Position numbers and translations under genes: made by a program | Notes under the pieces: generated by a model | What the model was told of the DNA's origin: nothing | Seen by the model: only the letters and a program-made list of their open reading frames with translations | Database searches by the model: none | Source of the DNA: Piedraia hortae CBS 480.64 | Taxonomy: Eukaryota | NCBI GenBank assembly: GCA_010093745.1 | Contig: MU006001.1 | Location: 1 to 64,000, forward strand | Direction of reading: 5' to 3' | Length of the DNA stretch: 64,000 nt | Part shown: in pieces, positions 11,096 through 21,400 of the stretch | Layout: every line of letters starts with the position of its first letter | Numbering within the stretch: the stretch's first letter is position 1

Positions 11096-13150
11096 ATGCC
11101 TCAACAACTCACAGCGTGGGCCCTGGCCGTTCTAATGGCCACCGCTGCCTTTGCTGCACCCACGCCGGAGCACAACAAAGTACAGAAACGCACTGTAACT
11201 GTGCCCGTCCCGGCTCGTGTGCACAACATGCGTAGCCCTCGCCAGGAGATGCGTCGTACGTTTGCCAAGTACGCCTTCAACCTCGACTCTCTGCCTGCGC
11301 CGGATTCCCACTCCAAGCATGTCTGGGTGGCGCCTAATAGGGCCTCTCTTGATAATAGAAGCGGCTGTAGCGAGGGCAAGGGCAACAGCACTGCGCCCCA
11401 TCCTACCAGTACTGGTGCCTCTCGTCCATATGGCGCTACCGGAACGGCTTCCCCTCAACGCGGTTCGCCTAAAACCGCTGGTGAGCCTGACTCGAAAAGC
11501 TCTGGCGAGTCTGACCCCTATGGCTCCGGCGGGTCTGATCCTTTTGGCTCCGGCAGCTCCGATCCTTTTGGCTCCAGCGGGTCGGATCCTCTTGGCTCGG
11601 GTGGCTCTGATCCTAGTGGCTCCAGCGGGTCTTCACCGGATGGCTCTGACGGTATGTCTCCAAGTGGCTCTGGAGGTTCGAATACATCGGGCGAAAGTCC
11701 TCAGTCAGGCTCTGGTACTCCTTATGGTTCCGGCAGTTCCTCCTCACCAAGCGCAGCTCCAGCCTATAGCTCCAGCGCTCCTCAACCACAGGGGTCCAAT
11801 GTTCCTTCTTCCAGCCCCAGTGCTCCCAGTCCGTCCGGCTCCGCTGCTCCTGGCCCTCCGGGAACGGGCCCTGGCTCCTATGGCGGCGGCGGCGCACGTA
11901 CTGGCAAAGTCGACGCTGTTCCCGATTCGGGTGATGCCGAATATGTTGAGAACGTCAAGCTGGGCTCTCAGGAATTTGCGATTGGTTTGGACTTCGACAC
12001 TGGCTCTTCCGACTTGTGGGTCTACAGCACTCAGACAACCAACGGCGGTCAAGGCCATGCCATCTTCGACTCATCCAAGTCGTCCACGTGGAAGGATTAC
12101 GAGGGCGGTTCATGGAAGATCTCATACGGCGATGGGTCCACTGCTTCCGGCACCGTTGGTTTCGACCGCGTCGACGTTGGTGGTGTGGTAGCCGAGCACC
12201 AGGCCATCGAACTCGCCCAACAAGTGTCTGATTCGTTTGCCAAAAACCCCAAGACCAGCGGTCTCCTCGGACTCGGATTCTCCCGAAACAACATGGTCAA
12301 GCCGGAAGCGCAGAAGACGTTCTTTGAGAACGTACAGAACCAGCTGGCCCAGCCTGTCTTCACCTGCGATCTCCGCCACGAACAGACGGGCTCATACACG
12401 TTTGGTAGCATTGATACCAGCCAAGGCGAGGTCCACTGGGTACCGATCGACGACAGCAAGGGCTGGTGGATGTTTGAAAGCAAATCGTACAGCATTGGCG
12501 GCCAGACTCAGCAGTGCCAGTCGTGCCACCAGGCCATTGCCGATACGGGCACGTCTCTTATGTTGGTTGACCAGGAAATGGTCGATGCCTACTACAAGCA
12601 GGTTCCGGGCGCCCAAATGGACGAGAACGAGGGCGGCTACGTCTACGATTGTAGTGCCAAGCTGCCCGACTTTGGCGTTGCCATTGGCGACTACATGGCC
12701 ATCATCCCCGGCAAGGACATCACATATGGCCAGTCCGGTGACAACAAGTGTTTCGGAGGAATTCAGAGCAACAAGGGCCAGGATGTGCAGGTGTGGGGTG
12801 ATGTCTTCCTCAAGCCTTTCCTGGCTGTCTTTGACGGTGGTAAGAAGCGTTTTGGTGTTATTCCCAAGAAGTCAGACGGTTACGATTCCAAGGGCAATCA
12901 GCCCAAAGGTTACCAGCCTCAGGGTAATCAGCCCAGCGGTGGTCAGCCCAGCGGTGACCAGCCCAGTGGTGACCAGCCCAGTGGTGACCAGCCCAACGGC
13001 GATCAGCCCAGTGGTGACCAATCAAGCGGTTATCAGCCCAGCGGTGGTCAGTCCAATGGCTATCAGCCCAGCGGTGGCCAGTCCAACAGTTACCAGCCCG
13101 GCGGTGACCAGTCTAATGGTTATTCGCCCTTTGGATTTTTCAAGAACTAA
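11096..13150 (+). CDS. Secreted pepsin-like aspartic protease (family A1, aspergillopepsin/penicillopepsin type) with low-complexity insert and repeat tail
   Basis: Signal peptide, KR site, two catalytic motifs DFDTGSSDLWV and AIADTGTSL, flap WKISYGDGS, GLLGLGF, WGDVFLK. Confidence 0.92.
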   Translation: MPQQLTAWALAVLMATAAFAAPTPEHNKVQKRTVTVPVPARVHNMRSPRQEMRRTFAKYAFNLDSLPAPDSHSKHVWVAPNRASLDNRSGCSEGKGNSTAPHPTSTGASRPYGATGTASPQRGSPKTAGEPDSKSSGESDPYGSGGSDPFGSGSSDPFGSSGSDPLGSGGSDPSGSSGSSPDGSDGMSPSGSGGSNTSGESPQSGSGTPYGSGSSSSPSAAPAYSSSAPQPQGSNVPSSSPSAPSPSGSAAPGPPGTGPGSYGGGGARTGKVDAVPDSGDAEYVENVKLGSQEFAIGLDFDTGSSDLWVYSTQTTNGGQGHAIFDSSKSSTWKDYEGGSWKISYGDGSTASGTVGFDRVDVGGVVAEHQAIELAQQVSDSFAKNPKTSGLLGLGFSRNNMVKPEAQKTFFENVQNQLAQPVFTCDLRHEQTGSYTFGSIDTSQGEVHWVPIDDSKGWWMFESKSYSIGGQTQQCQSCHQAIADTGTSLMLVDQEMVDAYYKQVPGAQMDENEGGYVYDCSAKLPDFGVAIGDYMAIIPGKDITYGQSGDNKCFGGIQSNKGQDVQVWGDVFLKPFLAVFDGGKKRFGVIPKKSDGYDSKGNQPKGYQPQGNQPSGGQPSGDQPSGDQPSGDQPNGDQPSGDQSSGYQPSGGQSNGYQPSGGQSNSYQPGGDQSNGYSPFGFFKN
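11513..11680 (+). repeat. Degenerate 24-nt coding tandem repeat (DPxGSxGS) in the protease pro-region
   Basis: DPYGSGGS-DPFGSGSS-DPFGSSGS-DPLGSGGS-DPSGSSGS. Confidence 0.8.
12893..13123 (+). repeat. 15-nt coding tandem repeat (G[NDGY]QPS-like pentapeptide) at the protease C-terminus
   Basis: About 15 units of ggtgaccagcccagt-like sequence: GNQPK GYQPQ GNQPS GGQPS GDQPS ... GYQPS GGQSN. Confidence 0.9.
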
Positions 13151-13369
13151 GTGTATCTAGGAGTTGATGCTGTATTATGTCCTTTGTTATGAGCAATTTG
13201 AAAGATATTATCAATTGGGGAACTGAACGTATGTAGAGGCAGATAGGTATCTGGTGTGCATTTCTGATATCAAATTTTCACTCACAGTGTGCAAGCTTTT
13301 GATTGGGCCTTGGCAGGTCTGTGTGCCTGACGTTGCGCCACCAATTCCACTTCACCCGCCAACCTCATC

Positions 13370-14274
13370 ATGTCTACAGAGAACAAAGTCCACCAAACTC
13401 TCGCCCCGGCCAAGACGCCGGACGACATCCTCCAGCTGCTCAAAACCGACAGCGACGAAGGCGCCAAGGCGATCCTCTCCCTGGTATAAAATGAAGCTCA
13501 TCTCCGCAAGGAACTCCAAACGCTCCAAACGCGAACGAGGAGCTCACAAGAGACAAAACCATGCTCCAAACGCTCCTAGCCCAACCCAAACCCAATGTCA
13601 AAATCCTCGACGCACCGGTATGGAAAGGCGGCCGCCCCCAAGCCTACGACCTGTGGAAATGGCGCGTGGAGAACAAGCTCTTCTTCCTCCGCCGCTCCGG
13701 GTTGGGGGGAGGCAGACCTCCTCGCTTACCTCCTAACCCGCTTCGACGGCACGCCCGCAGGTCTTCCAGCCGCACACATGGGCCCCATCTGGCGCCGCAG
13801 CGACGGCACCAATACACGCCGCAACATCATCACTTGCGCGAACGTGTTCGACATTCTAGATAAGATTTACCCGGAAGTTAGATCGGGCATGTACGCCATG
13901 AGTGAGTTGCAGAATCTGAAGCAGGAGGGACGCTTCGCGGACTTTCGGCATTTTCAGGTTGAGTTCATGAGGCTCTGTGCGACGATCAATCACGGGGATG
14001 ATAGGTATGAGGCTTTTATGCTGAGGGAGGAGGTCTCTAGGCCCCTGGTCGAGTTTCTTGCGCCGGTTATGGATGAGAGTACGAAGGGTTTATTGGCAGC
14101 GTGTAGACGGGCAGAGGCGCACATGGAGGATATGCGCCAGAGGGACCCTAATTATGAGTGCGTTCGGAGAGGGAGCGGAGGGCGCAGAGGAGGGCCAGGG
14201 TGTGTTTTGAGCGCGGTGAGATGGGACACGTTGCTGTGAATTGTCCGCAAAAAGCGGCTGAACAGACAGCTTAG
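13370..14274 (+). pseudogene. Retrotransposon gag-like pseudogene (capsid-like region + degenerate CCHC zinc knuckle), no pol
   Basis: Across a stop and frameshifts: KILDAPVWKGGRPQAYDLWKWRVENKL / LLAYLLTRFDG / AMSELQNLKQ..FRHFQVEFMRL / CFERGEMGHVAVNCP (CX2[C>R]X4HX4C at 14203-14244). Confidence 0.7.
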
Positions 14275-14287
14275 TTTGATGATACTG

Positions 14288-16468
14288 TTACATGACGGTG
14301 CAGTTTCTTCCCAGATGCAGATAAACCTCTAACAGGCCATCGTCTCCCCAAGTGCTCGATGCAGACCCCCATTCTTTGCCGCCTTTGACTACCAGTTTCT
14401 GCTCCCCTTCCCCGTGCCACCACTTCAGCGTCTGTCCCTCAACCTCGTACTTCCCGCCAGACACTTCTACCGTAGTCGAGCCATCTGCTCCCGCGGTTGC
14501 GACATCGTGAAAATGGTACTCGGGAAGAAACACCTCGGTGGGATACTCGGTAGGCGTGCTCGACTTGGCAGTGAGAGTAAGCGTAAAAGTAGTCTTTCTC
14601 AGGTCAAAGCCATAAGATGAGATATCACCGTGAGTGGCAACAGGATAAGGACGGATAGAGGCTTCTGTACCCCTCGAACGTTCTGAAAAAGGCAGCATCT
14701 CCATTGTCGAAGACGAAAATTCAGAAGATTTATTGCTGTCTGGACTGAGAGAGCGCGTCGGCCCATGATCGTCCTCGCAGTAGATACTAAGGTCCTCCCC
14801 GTTCCAGTTGTCGCCCCAGAAATGGCTGTTGCCGGCCGTGTAGTTCCACCACATCATGCCCGCTACCATGCTGCCTTCGACGGCATAGCTGTTGGCGTCT
14901 ATGGCGGCAACCTGACTGCTGTAATCACCGGTCTTGTAGGCGTAGTTGTCGTCCATGTCAAAGGGGATGCCGATCTCTGAGAAGACGCATGGATGGTTGC
15001 CCATAAACTCCTCACCTTCCTCCCGAAGGCGGGATAGTTGGTCCTTCAAACAATTCCTGATGGCTGTTTCTCCGAGTTTTATGGCAAATGCCGGACTGCT
15101 GTACCGGCCGCGGAGAATGCCCAGGACGTCGATATTCCATATGCGGTTCCACTTCTTGGTGATGAGCGTTATGCCGTCGTAGAAATGAGAGGCAAAGATC
15201 AAATTGGACTCATCATCGGCGGTATTTTTGATGTTTGGTGGGACTTCAAAGGGGGAAGGCTGCACCAGAAGCATCGCTTGAGGCCACACACTGCGAATGG
15301 CATCACGGTAAGACCGGGAGAGGTCCATGAACTGATTGTTGGTGAAATATTCATGATCCAAAGCCTCACCTGTTTTTGGGTGCGTGCTGAAGTAATGCGG
15401 TTGTAGCAGTGTATCTGTCTCGGGATCCCATACGCCGTGCAATGCCCAGATATCTTGACCCAATTTCCACTCTTCTGACCGTTTCCAACCATACTTGAAG
15501 TCGTCCCATGTTGAGGGATCCAGCCACGTAGTAACGCCCTTGGGGTCTACAAGCTGTTTCCCATTCTTATAGGGCCCAAAGCTGCCAAAGTCATACGTGT
15601 CAATTTCACAAGCACGACCTGAACCTGTGAGAATTGCCTGCCATACGGTTGGACATGTGTATTTCTTCAAGTTCTGATTCTTAGGTAGCTGTGAGATGTC
15701 GAAATTGCCGAGGAACCCACAATTGGGCTCGTTGATGGTTTCGTAGCCACAGACAACTTGACCGTGAAGGTCCCCGGCTTCGTGAATTCGTCGAGCCAGA
15801 TGTTTGCATGCATTGAGAAAATGTGACTGAAGATAGTCCTGGATGTTCTTGCCGTCGATGGCGCATTTTGGTGCAAATATCCTTCCTCCAAAGAACAGAG
15901 TCATCACAGTGCCGCAGGCCAGACGCCAGTAGTTCGTTGCCCACGCCATTTTAGGAAACTCGGCGGGTTTCTCCCAGGTATTCTGCACCAAAGCCGATTG
16001 CGTTATTTGAAACTTGGTGGGATCCAACCCGCAGGCATACAAGGTCCACATTGGGGCTCCAGATCCACCAGTGAATCGAGACCAAACATCCTGGTGCGGA
16101 TCCATAAATACATAAAACCCGTAGCCCTTTGCTATGCGGAGCACCTCAACGGTGTGTGTGATGAAGGCCTCATCGTATTTTCCAGGTCCTTCATGTTCCA
16201 AAGCCTCCCAGGTGAAGATGTATCGCAGAGTATTGAATCCCCATCGTTTTAGCCGGGCGAAATGGATATGGGAATCTTTTAATGAAAAGGGTCGATCAAC
16301 AAATGACACATTATCGCCGTCAAAGAAGTTTTCTGACTCATGGGACGGTATGTCTGGATGAGCAGGAAGCTTGGAGTCACCAGAAACGTTGATGCCGTGT
16401 AACGTTACCTGCCGACCTTGAGTATCTTTGAAATGTTTTCCATCGATTTTCAAGCGAAAAGATGCCAT
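14288..16468 (-). CDS. GH5 endoglycoceramidase-related protein (EGCrP/Egh1-type glucosylceramidase or steryl-beta-glucosidase)
   Basis: GINVSG, FTWEALEHEGPGKYD, MDPHQDVWSRFTGGSGAP, acid/base NEP, HFYDG, nucleophile SEIGIP, WNY, GDNWNGEDLS. Likely start MASFRLKIDG. Confidence 0.9.
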   Translation of the reverse strand: MASFRLKIDGKHFKDTQGRQVTLHGINVSGDSKLPAHPDIPSHESENFFDGDNVSFVDRPFSLKDSHIHFARLKRWGFNTLRYIFTWEALEHEGPGKYDEAFITHTVEVLRIAKGYGFYVFMDPHQDVWSRFTGGSGAPMWTLYACGLDPTKFQITQSALVQNTWEKPAEFPKMAWATNYWRLACGTVMTLFFGGRIFAPKCAIDGKNIQDYLQSHFLNACKHLARRIHEAGDLHGQVVCGYETINEPNCGFLGNFDISQLPKNQNLKKYTCPTVWQAILTGSGRACEIDTYDFGSFGPYKNGKQLVDPKGVTTWLDPSTWDDFKYGWKRSEEWKLGQDIWALHGVWDPETDTLLQPHYFSTHPKTGEALDHEYFTNNQFMDLSRSYRDAIRSVWPQAMLLVQPSPFEVPPNIKNTADDESNLIFASHFYDGITLITKKWNRIWNIDVLGILRGRYSSPAFAIKLGETAIRNCLKDQLSRLREEGEEFMGNHPCVFSEIGIPFDMDDNYAYKTGDYSSQVAAIDANSYAVEGSMVAGMMWWNYTAGNSHFWGDNWNGEDLSIYCEDDHGPTRSLSPDSNKSSEFSSSTMEMLPFSERSRGTEASIRPYPVATHGDISSYGFDLRKTTFTLTLTAKSSTPTEYPTEVFLPEYHFHDVATAGADGSTTVEVSGGKYEVEGQTLKWWHGEGEQKLVVKGGKEWGSASSTWGDDGLLEVYLHLGRNCTVM

Positions 16469-16661
16469 TGTGTTGTGTGGGAAAGAGCCAGGGTCCTTGT
16501 TATAGGTATACCGACTGACGTCATTGACAGATGATCTGCAGGAGACCGTGTGGGGAAGGCTAGCCGTATGCAGGCCTAGCGTCATCTAAGAATAGCTTTT
16601 GCACCAACAATCCGGGGTTGCCAGATGGCCTTTAGCTCTCTTTGCGCCAACGTCCACGACA

Positions 16662-18209
16662 ATGTATCTGACACTCCTGCTGGTGTTGGCCAGCGCGGCG
16701 GCGGCCAACATTTCGCCCGATACTCCCGTCTCACAGCTGATGGCCAGTGCAAATGCCAAACTGGCTCAGGGCAGAGCACAAGATGCGCTTAAGTACTTTG
16801 ACCTGGCAATTCACAAAAACCCCAGCGACTACCTGACCATCTTCAAGCGCGGCGCCACAAACCTCTCGCTGGGCCGCAACTCACAAGCAAGACGAGACTT
16901 TGATCTCGTGCTGCAGCTGAAGCCGACGTTTGAAGGCGCCCTGACGCAGCGCGCAAAGATCAAGAGCCGGAATGGCGAGTGGGAAGGCGCCAAGAAAGAC
17001 TATTTGGCGGCAGGGAAGTCGGGAACGGAGGAATGGGAGGAACTTGGAAGGGCCGAGGAGGCGGCCAAGAAATCGGTCAAGGCCGAGAAAGTCGGCGACT
17101 GGGACTCGTGCATATCAGAGGCGGGAACGGCCATATTCGTGGCCGGCACAGACTTGGAGTTACGTCAAAGGAGAGCCCGGTGTCGGCTGGAGAAGGGCGA
17201 AGTGGCCGAGGGAGTGTCGGATCTCCACCACGTTCTCCAGATCAACACGGGCCTAACGGAGCCATATTTGCAAATTTCCGCTATGACATTTTATTCTTTG
17301 GGAGAGACAGAAAAGGGACTGGCAGCCTTGTCCAAATGTCTGCACAATGATCCGGACAACAAGGCGTGTACCAAGTTACGGAAGTCCGAAAAGGCTGCCG
17401 ACCGAACACTGAAGAAGTTAGACCAGTTGATGGCAAAGCGTCAATTTGCGTCGGCCGTCAAGCTGCTTATACGGCAGGCTGATGAGCCGGGGCTTCTCGA
17501 GGAGATCAAGTTAGAGACCAAAGACGCTCGAGCAAACGGCTACATACATCCAAAGGCCGGAGAAGCGCTCTATGGGTCTCTTGTCGATAGGGCATGTGAG
17601 GCATACACAGAGATGAACAACGTCAAGAAGGCCCAGAGCTTCTGTGAAGAGGCGCTGACTTTTAACCCAAACTGTCTTCCAGCCCTGATAAGCAAAGCTC
17701 AGCAGCAAATACAGGCCGAAGAATATGACGCGGCAATAAACTCGCTCAACCAGGCCAAAGAAGCCCACGGAATGACAGCCAAGATCAACGAACTTTTGCT
17801 ACAAGCGCAAAAGTTGCAGAGGCAGTCGAAGCAGAAAGATTACTACAAGGTGCTCGGTGTGTCCCGAGACGCTGACGAGCGAGAAATCAAGCGGGCCTTC
17901 CGCAAGCTTACCGTGATTAACCACCCAGACAAGGCGAGGCAAAACGGAGTGTCTGAGGAGGAGGCACAGAAGAAGATGGCAGCCATCAACGAGGCCTACG
18001 AAGTTCTCAGTGACCCTGAACTCAAGGCCAGGTTTGATGCGGGAGACGATCCGAATGATCCTACGGGCGGACAACAGCAGCCGTTTCAAGGAAGTCCGTT
18101 TGGAGGTCATCCAATGTTCTTCCAGCAGGGCGGTGGTTCACAGTTTCAATTTCATTTTGGAAACGGCCGCCAAGGGTTTCCATTTCCCGGAGGATTCCAA
18201 TTTGGCTAG
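16662..18209 (+). CDS. ER-lumenal TPR + J-domain co-chaperone (DNAJC3/P58IPK, Jem1-like)
   Basis: Signal peptide MYLTLLLVLASAAAA, TPR array, KDYYKVLGV..HPDK..INEAYEVLSD..DDPNDP. Confidence 0.92.
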   Translation: MYLTLLLVLASAAAANISPDTPVSQLMASANAKLAQGRAQDALKYFDLAIHKNPSDYLTIFKRGATNLSLGRNSQARRDFDLVLQLKPTFEGALTQRAKIKSRNGEWEGAKKDYLAAGKSGTEEWEELGRAEEAAKKSVKAEKVGDWDSCISEAGTAIFVAGTDLELRQRRARCRLEKGEVAEGVSDLHHVLQINTGLTEPYLQISAMTFYSLGETEKGLAALSKCLHNDPDNKACTKLRKSEKAADRTLKKLDQLMAKRQFASAVKLLIRQADEPGLLEEIKLETKDARANGYIHPKAGEALYGSLVDRACEAYTEMNNVKKAQSFCEEALTFNPNCLPALISKAQQQIQAEEYDAAINSLNQAKEAHGMTAKINELLLQAQKLQRQSKQKDYYKVLGVSRDADEREIKRAFRKLTVINHPDKARQNGVSEEEAQKKMAAINEAYEVLSDPELKARFDAGDDPNDPTGGQQQPFQGSPFGGHPMFFQQGGGSQFQFHFGNGRQGFPFPGGFQFG

Positions 18210-18490
18210 AGGTGGAAAAGCAGGAGTTTTTTTTGTAGCATTACCATTGTCTGGTCTACCTATCGTTTTCACCTGCAGGTATATCATTTTGGCTTGCACC
18301 TAATTGGCCAACCAGACGCAGGCGGAATTGTTCCGCGTGTCAAACATGCCGCTAGCCCAAAGCGAAATAAGGCAACCACATGTGCTCCTTGTTACATTGT
18401 GACAAGAACCTGCCCGACCACTTGAAAATTGTCCCTCTGTATTGCAATCCCTGGTCTCGACGTCGAATGCGAATTCGTTCACTTCTTTAA

Positions 18491-21400
18491 ATGGCGGGTC
18501 TGAATCCCGCACAACCACAGCAACTCGACGCCATAAAACAGGCTCTTGCGGCCACTTTTGACCCAAAAACCACCAATGAAGTGCGCCAGCAAGCCCTGCA
18601 GTTGCTGGACCGGCTGAAGCATGACCCTGAAGCACCTCCATTGGGCTTCGGTCTGGTCACGGATGCATCGTTGGGCCAGGCCGTGAGATTTTACGGGGCG
18701 CAACTGCTGGAATTTGCTATAAAAAACTCGTGGGACAAGTACGACGAGAGCCAAAGGAACCAACTGCGGGAGTGGGTCAAGACTCTAGCCACGACATTGG
18801 GCCAGAATGATGCCCTGTTGTGGAATAAAGCCGCCCAGCTCTGGGTCGAGCTGAGCAAGCGGTGTTGGGGCGATCTGGGATGGAGGGAAATGGACTCCTT
18901 ATTGGCTTCTTTCTGGGACTGGCCGCTGAGTCCCGAAGGAATAAAGCATAAAATATTTGTGCTGCAGGTGCTGGGAGCGCTGACCGAAGACATCATCATC
19001 AACGAAGATGCAATTGCCGGCCTCCGAGTGGAAACACTAGGCCCCTGCCTGAATGAGATTCTAGTGCCTCCCCAGGTGTACTCGAAACTGCGCAAGAAAC
19101 GCGGCGATCGGAACGAAGTCCGCAGCAATGGCTCCGGATGGCTGCTGCGCATCAAAGATGTCTTAGTCGACTGCCTCACCAGCGCTACCCCTGACCAGTC
19201 AGAGCCCATGATTGACTGTGCTCTCAAGGCTTTGGAAACTCTGCAGGTCATATTCTCCTGGATCGGCATGGACTCGGTGGCCGATGCAGGCTGCATAGAG
19301 TGGTTGTTTCTTCCCATCACCTCTAACAACTTGCAGCTAAAAATTGCTGCAGTCGAGGCGTTGTATATGCTTCTACGCCGTCCACACCATCCCCACGCAC
19401 ATGACGCTTGGCTGACAGTGCGTAAAGAATGCGAGCAGCTGAGGAGAGTGATGGCGCTCAAAGACGCTTTTGTACAGGCAAACTGCGCTCCAGAGGAGTG
19501 CGATGAGAAACACACGCTGCAGGTAAAAATCAGCGAGTTGCTGTCCGTCATGGCCGAAACCATAATAAAAGATGGCCACTGGACACCAGACCTACCGGCT
19601 TTTTTCGAGTTGACGCTCCTCGTGGCCCAGAGCAAGAGTCTTCTGGTCTCAATTCCAGTTTTGCACAGCTGGTGTACCGTCATGTCAGCCGGTCACCCAT
19701 CCTTTGCCCCAGTTATGTCTTGGGCGTTGGGGCCGCTCATCACAATGTGCGGCGAGCGGCTGATTCGATATGAAGCCATTTCACGAGGGAGCGAGGACGA
19801 AATTATGGCTTTCCTCGAAGAAGACTTTGATACCGACTCTGAACGTCACAGTTTCCTCGCCCATTACCGCCGCTATTGCACCCGCGTCATCCAATCCATC
19901 ACCTCTTCATGGCTCCAGGAAGCCCTTGACCATGTGCTAAGTCAGATGTGCAAAATACTGGGCGAGGGTCCGTTTACCTTTGATCGTGGTTTTGATCCGG
20001 TAACTTATACCAGAAACTCGCTGCCCCTTCTAATGTTTGATGCAACGTTTTCCATTGTATCCTCGGCCCTCGACGGCTTCGCTTCTTGGCTTGTCAAACC
20101 CAGGGAACAGACCGGCGAGGAAATCATCCAGAAACACCTAGCAGTGAACCAGATGTTGTGGCAATGGGCTCATGTCTTGATGAAGATACCGGTAGATGAT
20201 CCCAAAGTGGCTTCACAAGTGGTACAGACGCTCGTCTCCATAATGAGAATGTCGCAGCCTGACGGACCCTTGGTACGGGATTTAACAGTGCATATCTTCA
20301 GTCTCCGCTTCCGTAAAGATGATCACAACCAACACTATTCCGAAGCTGTTGCCGGCTTCGAGTGCGTTCGTGTGGCTGAGATGCAGAAGCTGGCTTACGT
20401 TCTCGCGCCGCTGTTGGCATCTGAAATCACCAGCTTGGAGCCAATAGTCAGTGCTTTGGCAGAAGAACACCGCTACGACGCCCGTCTGTGTTGGGGCTGT
20501 CGTGCTTTTCTGTTCGCCATCATCCACCGCACCCCATCTGATGGGGATGATGAGCTTCGTCTCAGGTACATGACCGATATGGTCAATCCCGTAGTAGAGT
20601 CCTGGAAATCACCAGGGCTGGCAGAGTCGGTGCAAAGCTTGCCGAACCTCTGCAAACAACTGTGTCTGGATGATCTTGGTGATTTCTACCGCAAGTCCGG
20701 TTTCGATCAGACCGAAGACTGGAGCCAAGGCTTGCTGGACGTCGAGGGCCAGGCCAAGCAAAGTGCCATCAAAGCTGCAGTGGATGGGTTACCGCTGAGG
20801 ATGACCAAATCCATGTTGGGCGCATCCATAGACCACTTGGCTGTTTCTGCTGAAGCGTATCAAAGGGCGCGAATGTTTTGGGCACCTGTAACGCCCATCA
20901 TACTCGAGCGATCGCTCCAACTGCTCACTCAAGTGCAGGCATTTTACAACATGACCAACTGGTCTCATTTGCCGCCCGAGCTACAAGCAACGGTGCATCG
21001 AACACTGCAGGACCGCTTCTGGCAGTCGGGCATCTCACACGAATCAAAAGAGGCCTTTTTCGACCGTGTTGAAGGCTCCAAGTCGAGCTACGAGGGCTTT
21101 GCTTCGACCGTCCGCGGTGCTTTACGAAATGTACGAGAGCTATGTTACAACTCTCTCTTCCAATTCTCAAAGCTGCAAAAGCCTTTTTACGACCTGCACG
21201 AGTTGGGACCCATGATGGCTTCGGCCATCTTCAAAGATGCCCACCATCTCGCCACAAGCCAAATGCAGCCAATTGTCAGTTTGATCACCATGATCGTGCA
21301 GCGATGTCCTCCAGACAAACGTCGCTCTTTTTTAACACCCATCTTGAATCACTTCTTCCTCACCATGGATGCCAAATTACAAACCGAATGGGATGCGGTA

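Noticed and set aside
12893..13123. Regular repeat array considered as CRISPR-like
   Set aside because: Eukaryotic context, in-frame coding tandem repeats, no unique spacers.
11217..13160. Long alternative-frame ORFs (324 and 307 aa) overlapping the protease
   Set aside because: Shadow ORFs expected from biased codon usage and repeats; no independent motifs.
18691..19683. 330-aa antisense ORF in MSN5 (likewise the 298-aa antisense ORF in TPS1)
   Set aside because: Antisense shadows of well-supported genes.
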